Notes under the pieces: model-generated | Databases searched by the model: none | The model's input: only the letters and a program-made list of their open reading frames with translations | Told to the model about the DNA's origin: nothing | Made by a program: the position numbers and the translations under genes | Assembly (NCBI GenBank): GCA_051313645.2 | Contig: JBNRSN020000014.1 | Location: 78,988,001 to 79,052,000 of the forward strand | From: Centroscyllium fabricii | Taxonomy: Eukaryota | Length of the DNA: 64,000 nt | Reading direction: 5' to 3' | Shown: positions 51,479 to 64,000 of the stretch, in pieces | Layout of the letters: every line of letters begins with the position of its first letter | Position numbering within the stretch: the stretch's first letter is position 1

Positions 51479-51837
51479 GGATGATGGTTCAAGGCAAAAG
51501 GAGATGGTAATGGGACATGTAAGAACATAAGAAATAGGAGCAGGAGTAGGCCAATCGGCCCCGCTCCGCCATTCAACAAGATCATGGCTGATCTGATCTT
51601 AACCTCAAATCTACTTTCACTCTCCATCCCGCCCGAACCCATGCGATCTCCCGGGAGAGGCGAAAAACCAGACAAAACCCAGTGGCCAATTTGTTAGGAA
51701 ACAAAAGATGACTCTAGATGAAGTGTAAATGGCGATGGCAGATTCATCAACAGCTGCCATACGAGAGAGAGAAATAAAAATCAATATAGGGGCCATGGTT
51801 AAAGTCTGAAATTGGTGAACTCGATGTTGAGGTCAGA

Positions 51838-53752
51838 AGGCCTAGTTTACTCAATCTCTTCTCATAAGACAGTCCCGCCATCCCAGGAATCAATCTCCTG
51901 AATCTTCGTTGCACTCCTTCCTTAGGTAAGGAGACCAAAATTTTACACAGTACTCCAGGTGTGGTCTCACCAAGGCCCTATATAATTGGAGTAAGACTTC
52001 TTTACTTCCGTACTCAAATCCTCTTGTAATGAAGGCCAGCATACCATTTTCCTTCCTAATGACTTGCTGCATCTGCACATTCACTTTCAGTGACTCATGT
52101 ACAAGGACACCCAGATCCCTTTGAGCATCTGCATTACCCAATCTTTCACCATTTAGGAAATACTCTGCCTTTCTGTTTTTTCTGCCAAAGTGGAAAACTT
52201 CACATTTATGCACATTATAATCCATCTGCCATGTTCTCGCCCACTCACTGAGCCTGTCGAGATCCCCTTGAAGCCTCTTCATAGAAACATAGAAGATAGG
52301 AGCAGGAGTCGGCCATTCGGTCCCTCGAGCCTGCTCCGCATTTAATGACATCATGGCTGATCATCCAAACCCAGTACCGTCCCTGCTTTCTCCCCATATC
52401 CCTTGCCTTAAGAAATAGATCTAACTCCTCTTGAATATTTTTAATTGGCCTCAACTGCCTTTTCTGGTAGAGAATTCCACAAGTTCACCACTCTCTGGGT
52501 GAAGAAATTCCTCATCCCTGTCCTAAATAGCTTACCCTTTATCCTCAGACGGTGACCCCTGGTTCTGGACTCCCCCCGCCATCGGGAACATCCTTCCTGC
52601 ATCTAGTCTGTCTAGTCCTGTTCGAATTTTATAAGTTTCAATGAGATCCCCTCTCATTCTTCTGAACTCCAATGATTATAAGCCCAGTCGACCCAATCTC
52701 TCCTCCTACGTCATTCCTATCATCCCAGGTATCAGTCTGGTGAATCTTCGCTGAACTCCTTCCATGTCAAGAACATCCTTCCTCAGATAAGGTGACCAAA
52801 ACTGCACACAATACTCAGGTGTGGTCTCACCAAGGCCCTGTACAACTGCAGCAAGACATCCTTGTTCCTGTACTCAAACCCTCTCGCTATGAAGGCCAAC
52901 ATACCATTTGCCTTCTTAACCGCCTGCTGCACCTGCATGCTTACCTTCAGTGACTGGTGCACAAGAATGCCCAGGTCTCGTTGCACTTCCCCTTCTCCCA
53001 ATCTATTGCCATTCAAATAATAATCTGCCTTACTGTTTTTGCCACCAAAGTGGATAACCTCGCATTTATCCACATTATACTGCTCCTGCCATGCATCTGC
53101 CCAATCACCCAACCTGTCCAAATCATACTGGAGTTTCTCAGCATCCTCCTCACAGCACACACACCCACCCAGCTTTGTGTCGTATTACATCTAGTTCCCT
53201 CGTCTAGATCATTAATATATATATTGTGAATAGCTGGGGTCCTAGCACCGATCCCTGCAGTACCCCACTAGTCACTGCCTGCCACTCGGAAAAAGACCTG
53301 TTTATTCCAACTCTTTGCTTCCTGTCTGCCAATCAGTTCTCTATCCAAGTCAATTCCTTACCCCCAATCCCATGTGCTTTAATTTTACAAGGTAAACTCT
53401 TCACATCGTTGTCACAACTGACACTGCCACCTAGCTTTGTATCATCAGCAAATTTGGAAATGTTACATTTAGTCCACTCATCCAAATCATTGATATAGAT
53501 TGTGAATGGCTGGGGCCCGAGCACCAATCCTTGCGCTCTTCTTCTTAGGCAGTCCCTCAGAACCGAAGTTGACTTGCTTCCACATTATGATCATTGCGCA
53601 ACCCCACTAGTCACAGCTTGCCATCCTGAAAAGTCCCCGTTTATCCCTACTCTTTGTTTTCTGTCTGTTAACCAATTCTCAATCCATGAGAGTAAATTAC
53701 CCCCAATTCCATGTGCCCTAATTTAGTTCACCAACCTCCTGTGTGGGACCTT
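51838..53752 (-). mobile_element. CR1 RT fragment with a second CR1 (about 52280-53396) and an RTE tail (53537-53586) inserted
   Basis: The outer CR1 breaks at ctcttca and resumes at ctcttcacatcg. The RTE 3' end is the reverse complement of 820-870. Confidence 0.8.
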
Positions 53753-54539
53753 ATTGGGGCCTTGGACAGTGGGAAAGTGGTAAAAGGGCAGGTGTTGCAT
53801 CTCCTGCAATTCCCATTGTCCAGGGCCCCATAGAGTTTAACAATTTCAGACTATAACCTCAGCCCCTATATGTTTTTTTTTTAATGTTCTCTTTCATGGC
53901 AGCTGTCGATCATTCTGCCAGTGCCATTTACACCTCATCCAGAGTCAACTTTTGTTTCTTAACTTGTCCCATTACCATCTCCTTTTGCCTTACACCCTCA
54001 TCCCTTTTGAAGGAGTACAGTGAAGATTCACCAGGCTGATACCTGGGATGGCAGGAATGACGTATGAAGAGAGATTGGGTCGCTTCGGCTTGTATTCGCT
54101 GGAGTTTAGAAGATTGAGGGGGGATCTTATTGAAACTTATAAAATTCTATCAGGACTGGACAGACTAGACGCAGGAAGGATGTTCCCGATGGCCGGGGAG
54201 TCCAGAACCAGGGGTCACCGACTAAGGATAAGGGGTAAGTCATTTAGGACAGAGATGAGGAGGAATTTCTTCACCCATAGAAACGCAGGAGTAGGCCATT
54301 CGGCCCTTCAAGCCTGCTCCGCCATTCAATGAGATCATGGCTGATCATCCAACCCAGCAGCCCCCTCCTACCCTCTCCCCCGACACCCCCAACTCTAAGA
54401 ACTATATCTCACACACATACTCATGGGCAATTTTTTTTTTTTAGTATCTCCAATTCCCAGAGAATGGTGAACCTGTGGAATTCTCTACCATAGAGGGCAG
54501 TGGAGGCCAGTTCATTAAATATATTGAAGAAATACATTT

Positions 54540-57330
54540 CTCTCTACCGGAGGAACTCAACAACTTCTATGCTCGCTTCGACAGGGATAACAGGGAGCCA
54601 GCCACCAAAGTCTTGCCATCTCTGGAAGACCAATTACGAATACTGTCCTCCTCCGACGTAAGAGGTGTTCTACGTGGAGTGAACGCACGGAAGGCCACGG
54701 GTCCTGACGGCATCCCTGGCCGGGCACTCAAAGACTGTGCTGACCAACTGGCTGAAGTCTTCACCGACATCTTCAACCTGTCACTGGCGAAGGCAGCCGT
54801 CCCTACCTGCTTCAAGACTGCCACCATTATCCCTGTGCCCAAGAAAACGGCCGTGACGTGCCTGAACGACTACCGCCCTGTCGCACTCACACCCATAAAG
54901 ACTTCCAGAAAGCCTTTGACAAGGTCCCTCATAGGAGATTGGCAGGCAAAATTAAGGCTCATGGGATTGGGGGCAGGGTATTGGCGTGGATAGAGAACTG
55001 GTTGGCAGATAGAAAACAGAGAGTTGGGATAAACGGGTCATTTTCTGATTGGCGGGCAGTGACTAGTGGGGTACCGCAGGGGTCTGTACTGGGACCCCAG
55101 CTGTTCACAATATATATTAATGACCTGGATGAGGGAATTGGATGTAACATCTCCAAATTCGCAGACAACACTAAGCTTGGAGGGGGAGTATGCTCTGAGG
55201 AGGATGTTGGGAAGCTCCAGAGCGACCTGGACAGATTGGGGGACTGGGCGAATACATGGCAAATGCACTATAATGTGGATAAATGTGAGGTTATCCACTT
55301 TGGTAGCAAAAACAGGAAGGCAGATTATTATTTGAACGGCAATAGATTGGGATATTGGGTTTTAAATAAAAGAGTTCTGGGTGTTCTTGTGCACCAGTCC
55401 CTGAAGGTGAGCATGCAGGTGCAGCAGGCGGTTAAAAAGGCAAATGGTATGTTGGCCTTTATATCAAGAGGGTTTGAGTATAGGAATAGGGATGTCTTGC
55501 TGCAGCTGTACAGAGCCTTGGTGAGGCCACACCTTGAGTATTGTGTGCAGTTTTGGTCACCTCATCTGAGGAAGGATGTTCTTGCCATGGAGGGAGTGCA
55601 GCGACGATTCACCAGGCTGATACCTGGGATGGCAGGAATGACTTATGAGGAGAGATTGTGTAGTCTGGGCTTATACTTGCTGGAGTTTAGAAGATTAAGA
55701 GGGGATCTCATCGAGACTTATAAAATTCTGTCAGGCCTGGACAGGTTAGATGCAGAAAGGATGTTTCCAATGGCGGGGGAGTCGAGAACCAGGGGGCATA
55801 GTCTAAAGATAAGGGGTAAGCCTTTTAGGACTGAGATGAGGAGGAAATTCACACAGAGAGTGGTGAACCTGTGGAATTCTTTGCCACAGAGGGCGGTGGA
55901 GGCCGGTTCATTGAATATATTCAAGAGGGAACTGGATAGATTTCTTCAGGCTAAAGGGATTAAAGGATACGGGGAGAAGGCAGGGACAGGGTACTGAACG
56001 TGTAAGATCAGCCATGATCTCATTAAATGGCGGAGCAGGCTCGAAGGGCCGAATGGCCTACTCCTGCTCCTAACTTCTATGTTTCTATAATCATGAAGTG
56101 TTTTGAGCGGCTGGTCCTGGCCCACATCAAAGCCGCCCTCGACCAATACCAGTTCGCTTATCGAGGAAACAGATCAACGGAAGATGCAATCACAACAGCT
56201 CTTCACTCAACCACCTGGATAGCAAAGATACCTATATCAGAATGCTGTTTATAGACTACAGCTCAGCATTCAACACTATCGTCCCCAGCAAGTTGTCTAC
56301 CAAACTCCTCACCCTTGGCCTGAACACCTCCCTCTGCAACTGGACCTCCTAACCAACAGACCAGTCTGTGAAGTTAGGCAACCTCACCTCCCCCCCCCCC
56401 TTACCCTAAACACGGGGGCCCCACAAGGCTGTGTGCTGAGCCCCCTCCTCTACTCCCTCCTCTACTCCCTCTTTACCCACGACTGTGTGGCTGTTCACGG
56501 CTCCAACAAGATCATCAAGTTTGCGGACGACACCACGGTGGTTGGCCAGATCACTAACAACGATGAGTCAGCCCACAGGGATGAGATTCAGCGCCTTGTG
56601 GGATGGTGTGCCGACAACAACCTGGCACTAAACACCAAGAAAACCAAGGAGATCATAGTGGACTTCCAGAAGACTAAAGGCGGAAGACACACCCCCATCT
56701 TCATCCAAGGGGTTGAGGTGGAAAGGGTGTCCAGCTTCAAGTTCCTCGGGGTCAACATCTCGGAAGACCTCTCCTGGTCACTAAACACCTCCTCTTTGAT
56801 AAAGGCGGCCCAACAGCGCCTGTATTTCCTAAGGAAGCTGAAAAAGGCCAAGCTGACATCCGGCATCCTCACCAACTTCTACCTCTGCACAATCGAAAGC
56901 ATACGGACAAGCTGCATCACAGTCTGGTATTGAAACTGCACCATCTCGGACCGGAAGGCCCTGCAGCGGGTAGTCGAAACTGCCCAACGAATCACCAGCA
57001 CCCAGCTTCCATCAATTGAAAGCACCTACCTGAAACGCTGCCTACGGAGGTCTCAGAACATTATTAAAGACCCCACACACCCCAGCCATAGTCTGTTCGC
57101 CCCCCTGCCCTCCGGGAGACGCTACAGATCAATCCGCACCCGCACGACCAGATTCAAGAACAGCTTCTTCCCCAGGGCTGTCAGTCTCCTGAACTCTAAC
57201 AAAAAACTCCAGTATCTGCACACCTGAAAATATACTTTATTGTATGCAATTGTATGTAACTTATTTGCACTACTCTCGGGAGCGTTGTATTGTACTCGTA
57301 CTCTGCAATGACAATAAAATTGAATTGAAA
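54540..57330 (+). mobile_element. Rex1/Babar-clade LINE RT region, split by the CR1 insertion 54898-56086
   Basis: SLPEELNNFYARFD..KATGPDGIPGR..CLNDYRPVALTPI | [43 protein letters not shown], followed by a (TTGAA)n tail. Confidence 0.88.
54898..56086 (+). mobile_element. Young CR1/HER1 3' half with an uninterrupted RT-to-stop frame
   Basis: DFQKAFDKVPH..GVPQGSVLGP..FADNTK..LWNSLP to the stop at 55997, followed by an intact 3' tail. Confidence 0.92.
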
Positions 57331-57939
57331 GGGTTGGATATATTCCTTAAGGCTAAAGGGATCGAGGGATATGGGGAGAAGGCAGGGACAGGGTACTGAA
57401 TTTGGGATGATCAGCCATGATCTCATTGAATGGTGGAGCAGGCTCAAGGGGCCGAATGGCCTGCTCCTGCTCCTATCTTCTATGTTTCTATGTCTTTTAA
57501 TCTCTCCTGCCTTCCATCCTATCACAGACCTTCCCTTCTGTTCTTGCCTCCCTTCCTCCCATTCCCTACCCCTGCTTAAAAACCTGTTCCATCTCTAACT
57601 TTTTTCCAGTTCTGATTAAGGGTCATCGACCTGAAACGTGAACTCTCTTTCTCTCTCCACTGATGCTGCCTGGCCTGCTGCGTGTTTCAGCGTTTTCTGT
57701 TGTTATTTCAGATTGCCAACATCGTCAGTATTTGGCTTTTGTAAACAGAAACAGTGTCCTTTTGAACTCCCAGCAACAATGGATCATTCCAGCAACAGTG
57801 ACCGCATCACCTGCTGTAGACCTGACAGCAGCTTCTCTCCCAGCCCCGACTGTAGCCTAAAAAAATAATTCTGGAAATTTAAAAATAACAGATGGAACAC
57901 GCAGCTGTGAATGTGAGCTTTTTTTAAACCATCGGTTTT

Positions 57940-58570
57940 GGTGTTTGCAGGGACACGACCTGCAGCCCGCCCACCCAGCCAGCCTGCCTTCCTTCCCCTC
58001 GGCTCTAAACTCCCTTCGCTGCTCCCCTCGCTCTCAATCCAGGAATCTTTCCCCTTTCGCCCCAAACTCACAACTCGCACCTTCTCCTCGTCGCCATACG
58101 CCGGAAGCCCTCGCCGCATCGCTTCCGGTCCGTCCCGAACAGTCTGCACAAACGTTCTTCCCCCGCCCCCCGAACTCAAAGCCGGGCGTTCCGGTCCTAC
58201 TGCTCCGCTCCGCCTTCCCTCTGCTGGGCCTCTCTTCCCCTCCTGGGCCGGGCGCTCGAGCCACGGAATCCCGCCCCGCCAGGCCGAGCCCAGCCGAGCC
58301 GGCGACTCGCGCGTTCAAAATGACAGTTGGAACCAACCCGACTCGTTCTGGTTCAAACTACAACTCCCGACAGCCCACGCGGCGAGGAGCGCGTGATGCA
58401 AACACAGGTCACGCGAGCGGCCCGGCGCTCTGTCACTATGGCAACGGCGCGTGTCGGGCCCGGCGTCCGCCGCAGGGTTCCGGGGGCCGTGACGTCGACA
58501 ATGGGACAGGAGTCCCCAGAGGCTGGGCACCGGCTAGTGCCAGCACGCCACACCTCGCCCCACTCGGGAG
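57940..58570 (-). promoter_or_regulatory. CpG island, probable WDR24 promoter and non-coding first exon
   Basis: Non-repeat GC/CpG-rich island upstream of WDR24. Contains ETS sites (CCGGAAG 58101 and inverted at 58121), a ZNF143/THAP11-type ACTACAACTCCC at 58358, an RFX X-box GTCACTATGGCAAC at 58432 and a CRE-like TGACGTC at 58490. Candidate minus-strand donors lie near 58071-58082. Confidence 0.75.
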
Positions 58571-59684
58571 GATCAGCTCCCAAATTAAATTTAAAAAAAG
58601 ACTGAAAATAAAGAGCAGAGGGCACGTTTCACCAATATCTGCTGCTGGGCTGTGAAGCTGTGCAAATTATTAAAATTAGCCCTCGCTGCACTGACTTTAA
58701 AAAACACACCGCTGCAGCTCTTGGCTGCCAGACAGGGACTGACTGACTCTGGCTACAGGCTGCCTGGAAAGCAGGATCAACTGGCGAGTGACCCACATCT
58801 AAGCAACTTCACAGAGTTATACAGCACAGAAAGAGGCCCTTCGGCCCATCGTGTCTGTGCCGGCCATCAAGCCCTGTCTAACCTAATCCCATTTTCCAGC
58901 ATTTGGTCCATAGCCTTGTATGCTATGGCATTTCAAGTGCTCATCTAAATGCTTCTTGAATGTTGTGAGGGTTCCTGCCTCTGGGTGAAAAAGATTTTCC
59001 TCAAATCCCCTCTAAACCTCCTGCCCCTTACCTTGAAACTATGCCCTCTGATTATTGACTCCTCTACTAAGGGGATAAGTTCCTTTCTATCTATCCTATC
59101 TATGCCCCTCATTATTTTATACACCTCAATCAGATCCCCCTCAGCCTTCTCTGCTCCAAGGAAAACATCCCCAGCCTGTCCAGTCCCTCTTCATATTCAT
59201 ATTCCTCACAAAATATAGCCCAGACCCTTTGAAGTATTATGAGATGAAATCCATTTGCAAAATGCTGCATTTGTTTTATCAGTACTAGATCAAAGGACAC
59301 ACAGGCTCAATGTACAGTAGACAAAATGGACAGAAAACAAGATATTCGAGAGAGGAATCATCCACTGTTGCATTAGGAGATGAATATACTTCAGAACACA
59401 AGAACACCATTTTTGGGTTTGTTCACTAGATATTTTTGCAGGTTTCCCATAAGAGTATCTTGCATCCCCTATGATCTGGAATGCATCATTTTCAGTTCAA
59501 TATCTAGGTGAATGATAGCAGATATAAGGATCATAACAGTGAACCCTTCTGTGATACACGAGCTGTTGGAATCTATTTTGTGATTCTCCTCTCTTCGAAA
59601 GTCAAACTGGATATTCACTCTACCAAACTAAACACTCAGGTTTTTGAAAGAACAAATGGCTTAGACTCATAAGGCTCCTGAATA

Positions 59685-60310
59685 AACGTTCAGGCTTGGG
59701 CTGATAAGGGGCAGGTAACATTCGCGCCACACAAGTGCCAGGCAATGACTATCTCCAACAAGAGAGAGTCTAACCACCTCCCCTTGATATTCAACAGCAT
59801 TACCATCACCGAATCCCCCACCATCAACATCCTGGGGGGTCACCATTGACCAGAAACTGAACTGGACCAGCCACATAAATACTGTGGCTACAAGAGCAGG
59901 TCAGAGGCTAGGTATTTTCTATGTATTATGCGGCGAGTATCTCACCTCCTGACTCCCCAAAGCTTTTTCACCATCTACAAGGCACAAGTAAGGAGTGTGA
60001 TGGAATACTCTCCACTTGCCTGGATGAGTGCAGCTCCAACAACACTCAAGAAGCTCAACACCATCCAGGACAAAACAGCCCCCTTGATTGGCACCCCATC
60101 CACCTTAAACATTCACTCCATCCACCACCGGCATATCATGGCTGCAGTGTGTACCATCTACAAGATGCATTCCAGCAACTCGCCAAGGCTTCTTTGGCAG
60201 CACCTCCCAAACCTGCAACCTCTTCCACCTAGAAGGACAAGGGCAGCAGGCACATGGGAACACCACAACCTCCAAGTTGCCCTCCATGTCACACACCATC
60301 CTGACTTAGA
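59685..60310 (+). mobile_element. CR1-group (Daphne/Crack-like) LINE 3' fragment
   Basis: QAWADKGQVTFAPHKCQAM and TIYKAQVRSVMEYSPLAW. Confidence 0.7.
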
Positions 60311-60759
60311 AGTATGGGTTGATGGTGAATTTTGTGTAATGTTCCTTGGTGGTTGAAGAGCCTGCATTTACATACATACAAAACTGATGGACAGGAAATA
60401 GCCACTGGTACATCTAGCCTGTTCCATATAGTTCCACAATACAGGCACTCCCCACCTATCCAGAGCCATATACTCTCCTGGGAGAGGTGATAAACCAGAT
60501 AAAAACCCTGGTACAATTAGGGGGGGAAATTCAGGAAAATTCCTCTCTCGCCCCTTTAGGCCATCGAGACTGGTCCAGGAGGTCACATTGACCCTGATTT
60601 ATGTTACAGGATACTTACCTCTGGTACGAGCTGACCTCCACCCCAGCCAGAAACAGGACAAGCTCCCTCTTGAAGGAATGCAGCAAATCAGCGTCCACCA
60701 CATGACATCCAACTTAGTTCTGCCCTTACATAACTTCTAAGCGTGACCCCTGCTCCTAT

Positions 60760-62335
60760 TCATAGGATTACATAGGATCGACAGCACAGAAACAGGCCAT
60801 TCAGCCCAACATGTCCATGCCAGCCTTTATGCTCCACACAAGCCTCCTCCCGTCTTTCCTCATCTAAATCTATCAGTATAACCCTCTATTCCTTTCTCCC
60901 TCATATGCTTATCTGGCCTCCCCTTAAATGCATCTCTACTCTTTGTCTTAACCACTCCCTGTGGTAGCGAGTTCCACATTCTCACCACTCTCTGGGTAAA
61001 GAAGTTTCTTCTGAATTCCCTATTGGATTTCTTGGTGACTATCTTATATTGATGGTCTCTAGTTATGCTCTTCCCCACAAGTGGAAACACTCTCTCTGTA
61101 TCCACTCTATCAAAACCTTTCAAAATTTTAAAGACCTCTATTAGGTCACCTCTCAGCCTTCTTTTTTCAAGCGAAAAGAGACCTAGCCTATTCATCCTTT
61201 CCTCATAGGTATACCCTATAATTTCTAGTATCATCCTTGTAAATCTTCTCTCCAGTGCCTCTATATCCTTTTTATAATATGGTGACCAGAACTGTACGCA
61301 GTACTCCAAGTGTGGTCTAACCAAGGTTCGATACAAGTTTAGCATAACTTCCCTACTTTTCAATTCTATCCCTCTAGAAATAAACCCTAGTGCTTGGTTT
61401 GCTTTTCTATGGCCTTGTTAACACCTGTTGCTACTTTTAGTGATTTGTGTATTTGTACTCTGAGATCCCTTTGCTCCTCTACCCCACCTAGACTCACACC
61501 TGCCAAGTAATAAGTGATCTCCCTATTCTTCCTACCAGAATGTAATACCTCACATTTATCTGTGTTGAATTTCATTTGCCAATTATATGCCCATTCTGCA
61601 AGTTTATTAATGTCTTCCTGTAATTTGTTGCAGTCCTCCTCAGTATTGACTACCCCCAGCGCCCCCCCCCCCCCCCCCGCAATTTGGTGTCATCCACAAA
61701 TTTAGATATTGCGTTTTTGATTCCAAAGTCCAAATCATTAATATAAATTGTGAACAACAGTGGTCCCAGCACTGATCCTTGTGGAACACCACTTTCCACC
61801 TTCTGCCACTCTGAATAGCTACCCTTTACCCCTACTCTATGCTTTCTCTCTTGAAGCCAGCTAGCTATCCATTCTGCTACATGTCCCCTGACTCCATATT
61901 CTCTGACCTTATTCATTAGTCTATTATGGGGTACCTTATCAAAAGCCTTTTGAAAATCTAGATAAATTACATCTACTACATTACCCTTGTCTATTCTCTC
62001 TGTTACCTCTTCAAAACATTCAATGAGGCTGGTTAAGCAAGACTTTCCCTTTTGCAATCCATGCTGACCGTTCATTATTATATTCTTGGCTTATAGATGT
62101 TCTTCTATTTTCTCCTTTAGTAAGGATTCCATTATGTTTCTTACCACCGATGTTAAGCTGACTGGCCTATAGTTCCCTGGAGTTGAGAACATGGACATGC
62201 TCTATCTCCCTTCTTAAATATAAATATTACAGTAGCTGTCCGCCAGTCCTTTGGCACTACACCTTTTTCTAATGAATTATTAAATATGTGCAGTAATGCC
62301 TCTGTTAGCTTTTCCCTAGTCTTTTAAAATGCGCA
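60760..62335 (-). mobile_element. CR1 LINE RT fragment (third subfamily)
   Basis: YLDFQKAFDKVPH, GVPQGSVLGP, FVDDTK and [13 protein letters not shown]. Confidence 0.9.
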
Positions 62336-63834
62336 GATGTAATTAATTTGGTTGAAATAATTGGTCCACATAAACAGAATCTGGTCCCTTCATAATTTTA
62401 TAAACCTTGATCAAATCACCCCAGAATCTACACTTCTCTAAAGTATATAGATCTAGCTCTTTAAGTTCGCAGGCGGTCTATTCCGCTGTTACACCGGACT
62501 TAAAATTGATATTTAATTTGTTTTTGCTACTCCCATACAAAAGAAGAAGATGACACATTTCTAAGTTAAACATCGTTGGCCAAACATGGGCCTGTTCTTC
62601 CAACGCATCAAGATCTGGTTGCAGTAGATAGCATCGTCTACAGTCCTAACAGGCGCACATATCTTGGTATGGCCCTCAAACTTGCAGATCATTTCTCCAA
62701 CACCTACATCTAAATGATTAATGAAAATAATAAATGTTAGACCAATTTGTTGTAAAGGGACATACAAAGTAGATGCAATAGTACATAGCGTTATAGCATG
62801 CTTGTCCTTATAGGAAGCATATCATCTGACGCCTAGCTGGTATATATGGGGGTAATTTTGATTGTGCATTAATGTAAAATGGGCGATAGCTATCACCCGT
62901 TTTACACCATCACACAAGTCAACCCCTGTATGTCTTGTATCTAACATGCAGTCATCACAATTAAGACATCACTTTGAAGTTTCAACAGAAAAAGAAAGTT
63001 TGTTTATTCTGACCGGGAGCCAGAAACATGTCAATCTGCAAACCTCCTTCACCAACAGCAATTAGTCTCAGAATTTACAATAGCAGACTTTATGGCCTTA
63101 AAGGGACAGGTCACTTTAAAGACTGCTCATAGCAGCAGAACAATACATTCTGTGTCACCAGTATATAACATTCCTGTCGTTATTAGACAGAGCGTCTGAT
63201 TTACTGGGATTGCAATGCATACAGCATTGCCAGTAATTTCGCAACGCGAATATGTTTTAATGGCAATAACTACATGTTTCATCCTCAGTCTGTGCTAAAC
63301 ATGCCCCCACACCTATTTATAAGAATGGTACAGTCGAGGATTTTCCATTTTAAACGCAGATTTATTCCGGCTTCTTATTGTGAGAGTTGACATATCCTGA
63401 CCCCACTTTCGATATATCTGCTGTGGAAATCTTTCTCCTTAGAGTTGTGCAGAAAAATATTTACAGTCAGAAAAGAGGGATTGTGCAGAGGACGATAGCG
63501 GGGTAATTATATGCGTCTCTCCTGAAAGATCGTAGTTACAGCTCCATTTGGATGTTTGCAGGATGTTATCGCGGGCTGGGCTGTGTGTCGTGGTAATGCG
63601 GGGTAGGAAATTGCCCAGGTTGCTTCAAGTACCTGGAACAGAATCAGTATAATAATAGGTACAGATTTCAATATTATCAGCATCTAAAAGGTTTTCATTG
63701 GCGACATTTGACATACTAACTCGGACACTGATTCTGGAGACACGACCTTGTTCCAGCCGCAGACTGAGGAGGAGGCTCCAGCTGCGGGGGTCGCAGAGAG
63801 CTGCAATGTCGCATTATGTCATTGGCAAGGGGTT

Positions 63835-64000
63835 GGAGATTGAGTATGGGGATGAGACTGAGTATGGGGATGAGATTGAGTATGGGGATGGAGATTGAGT
63901 ATGGGGATGAGATTGAGTATGGGGATGGAGATTGAGTATGGGGATGAGATTGAGTATGGGGATGGAGATTGAGTATGGGGATGGAGATTGAGTATGGGGA
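63835..64000. repeat. 18/19-bp G-rich minisatellite, GAGATTGAGTATGGGGAT(G), running off the window end
   Basis: About 9 direct tandem copies. Confidence 0.95.

Larger units (their letters stand above)
50857..57742. mobile_element. Penelope-like (family B) inverted element, expanded by nested SINE/LINE insertions
   Basis: The left arm (50857-51090, 51479-51519, 51694-51822) is the reverse complement of the right arm (53833-54009, 57491-57742). Degenerate 14-bp TSD aaacagatagagtg/aaacagaaacagtg. Confidence 0.72.

Noticed and set aside
57784-58655. Several 100-236 aa ORFs over the CpG island
   Set aside because: GC-rich, stop-poor sequence giving low-complexity P/R/A/G products with no recognisable homology.

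Overview
Eukaryotic genomic DNA, most likely from a shark or other elasmobranch (HE1/V-SINEs, HER1/CR1 LINEs). It holds two convergent protein-coding genes. The first is the last four coding exons of CRAMP1 on the + strand (stop at 10206, probably a long 3'UTR). The second is a complete WDR24 (GATOR2 subunit) on the - strand, with 9 coding exons and about 785 aa (ATG 47757, stop 29272), whose probable CpG-island promoter lies at about 57.9-58.6 kb. The rest is dense transposon sequence: HE1 SINEs, CR1, L2, RTE and Rex1/Babar LINE fragments, and hAT, Tigger/pogo-like and Harbinger-like MITEs. The most striking signal is two families of Penelope-like, mostly fold-back elements. They carry minimal hammerhead-ribozyme motifs and 12-15 bp target-site duplications (TSDs). 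One copy is a near-perfect 340-bp hairpin, and another was expanded to 6.9 kb by nested insertions. Candidate alternative-splicing features include an in-frame WDR24 cassette exon, alternative 5'UTR acceptors that would toggle uORFs, and a CRAMP1 poison exon. There is one assembly gap (35905-36090). Nearly all ORFs in the supplied track are repeat-derived or spurious. All calls were made by eye, and no searches were run.
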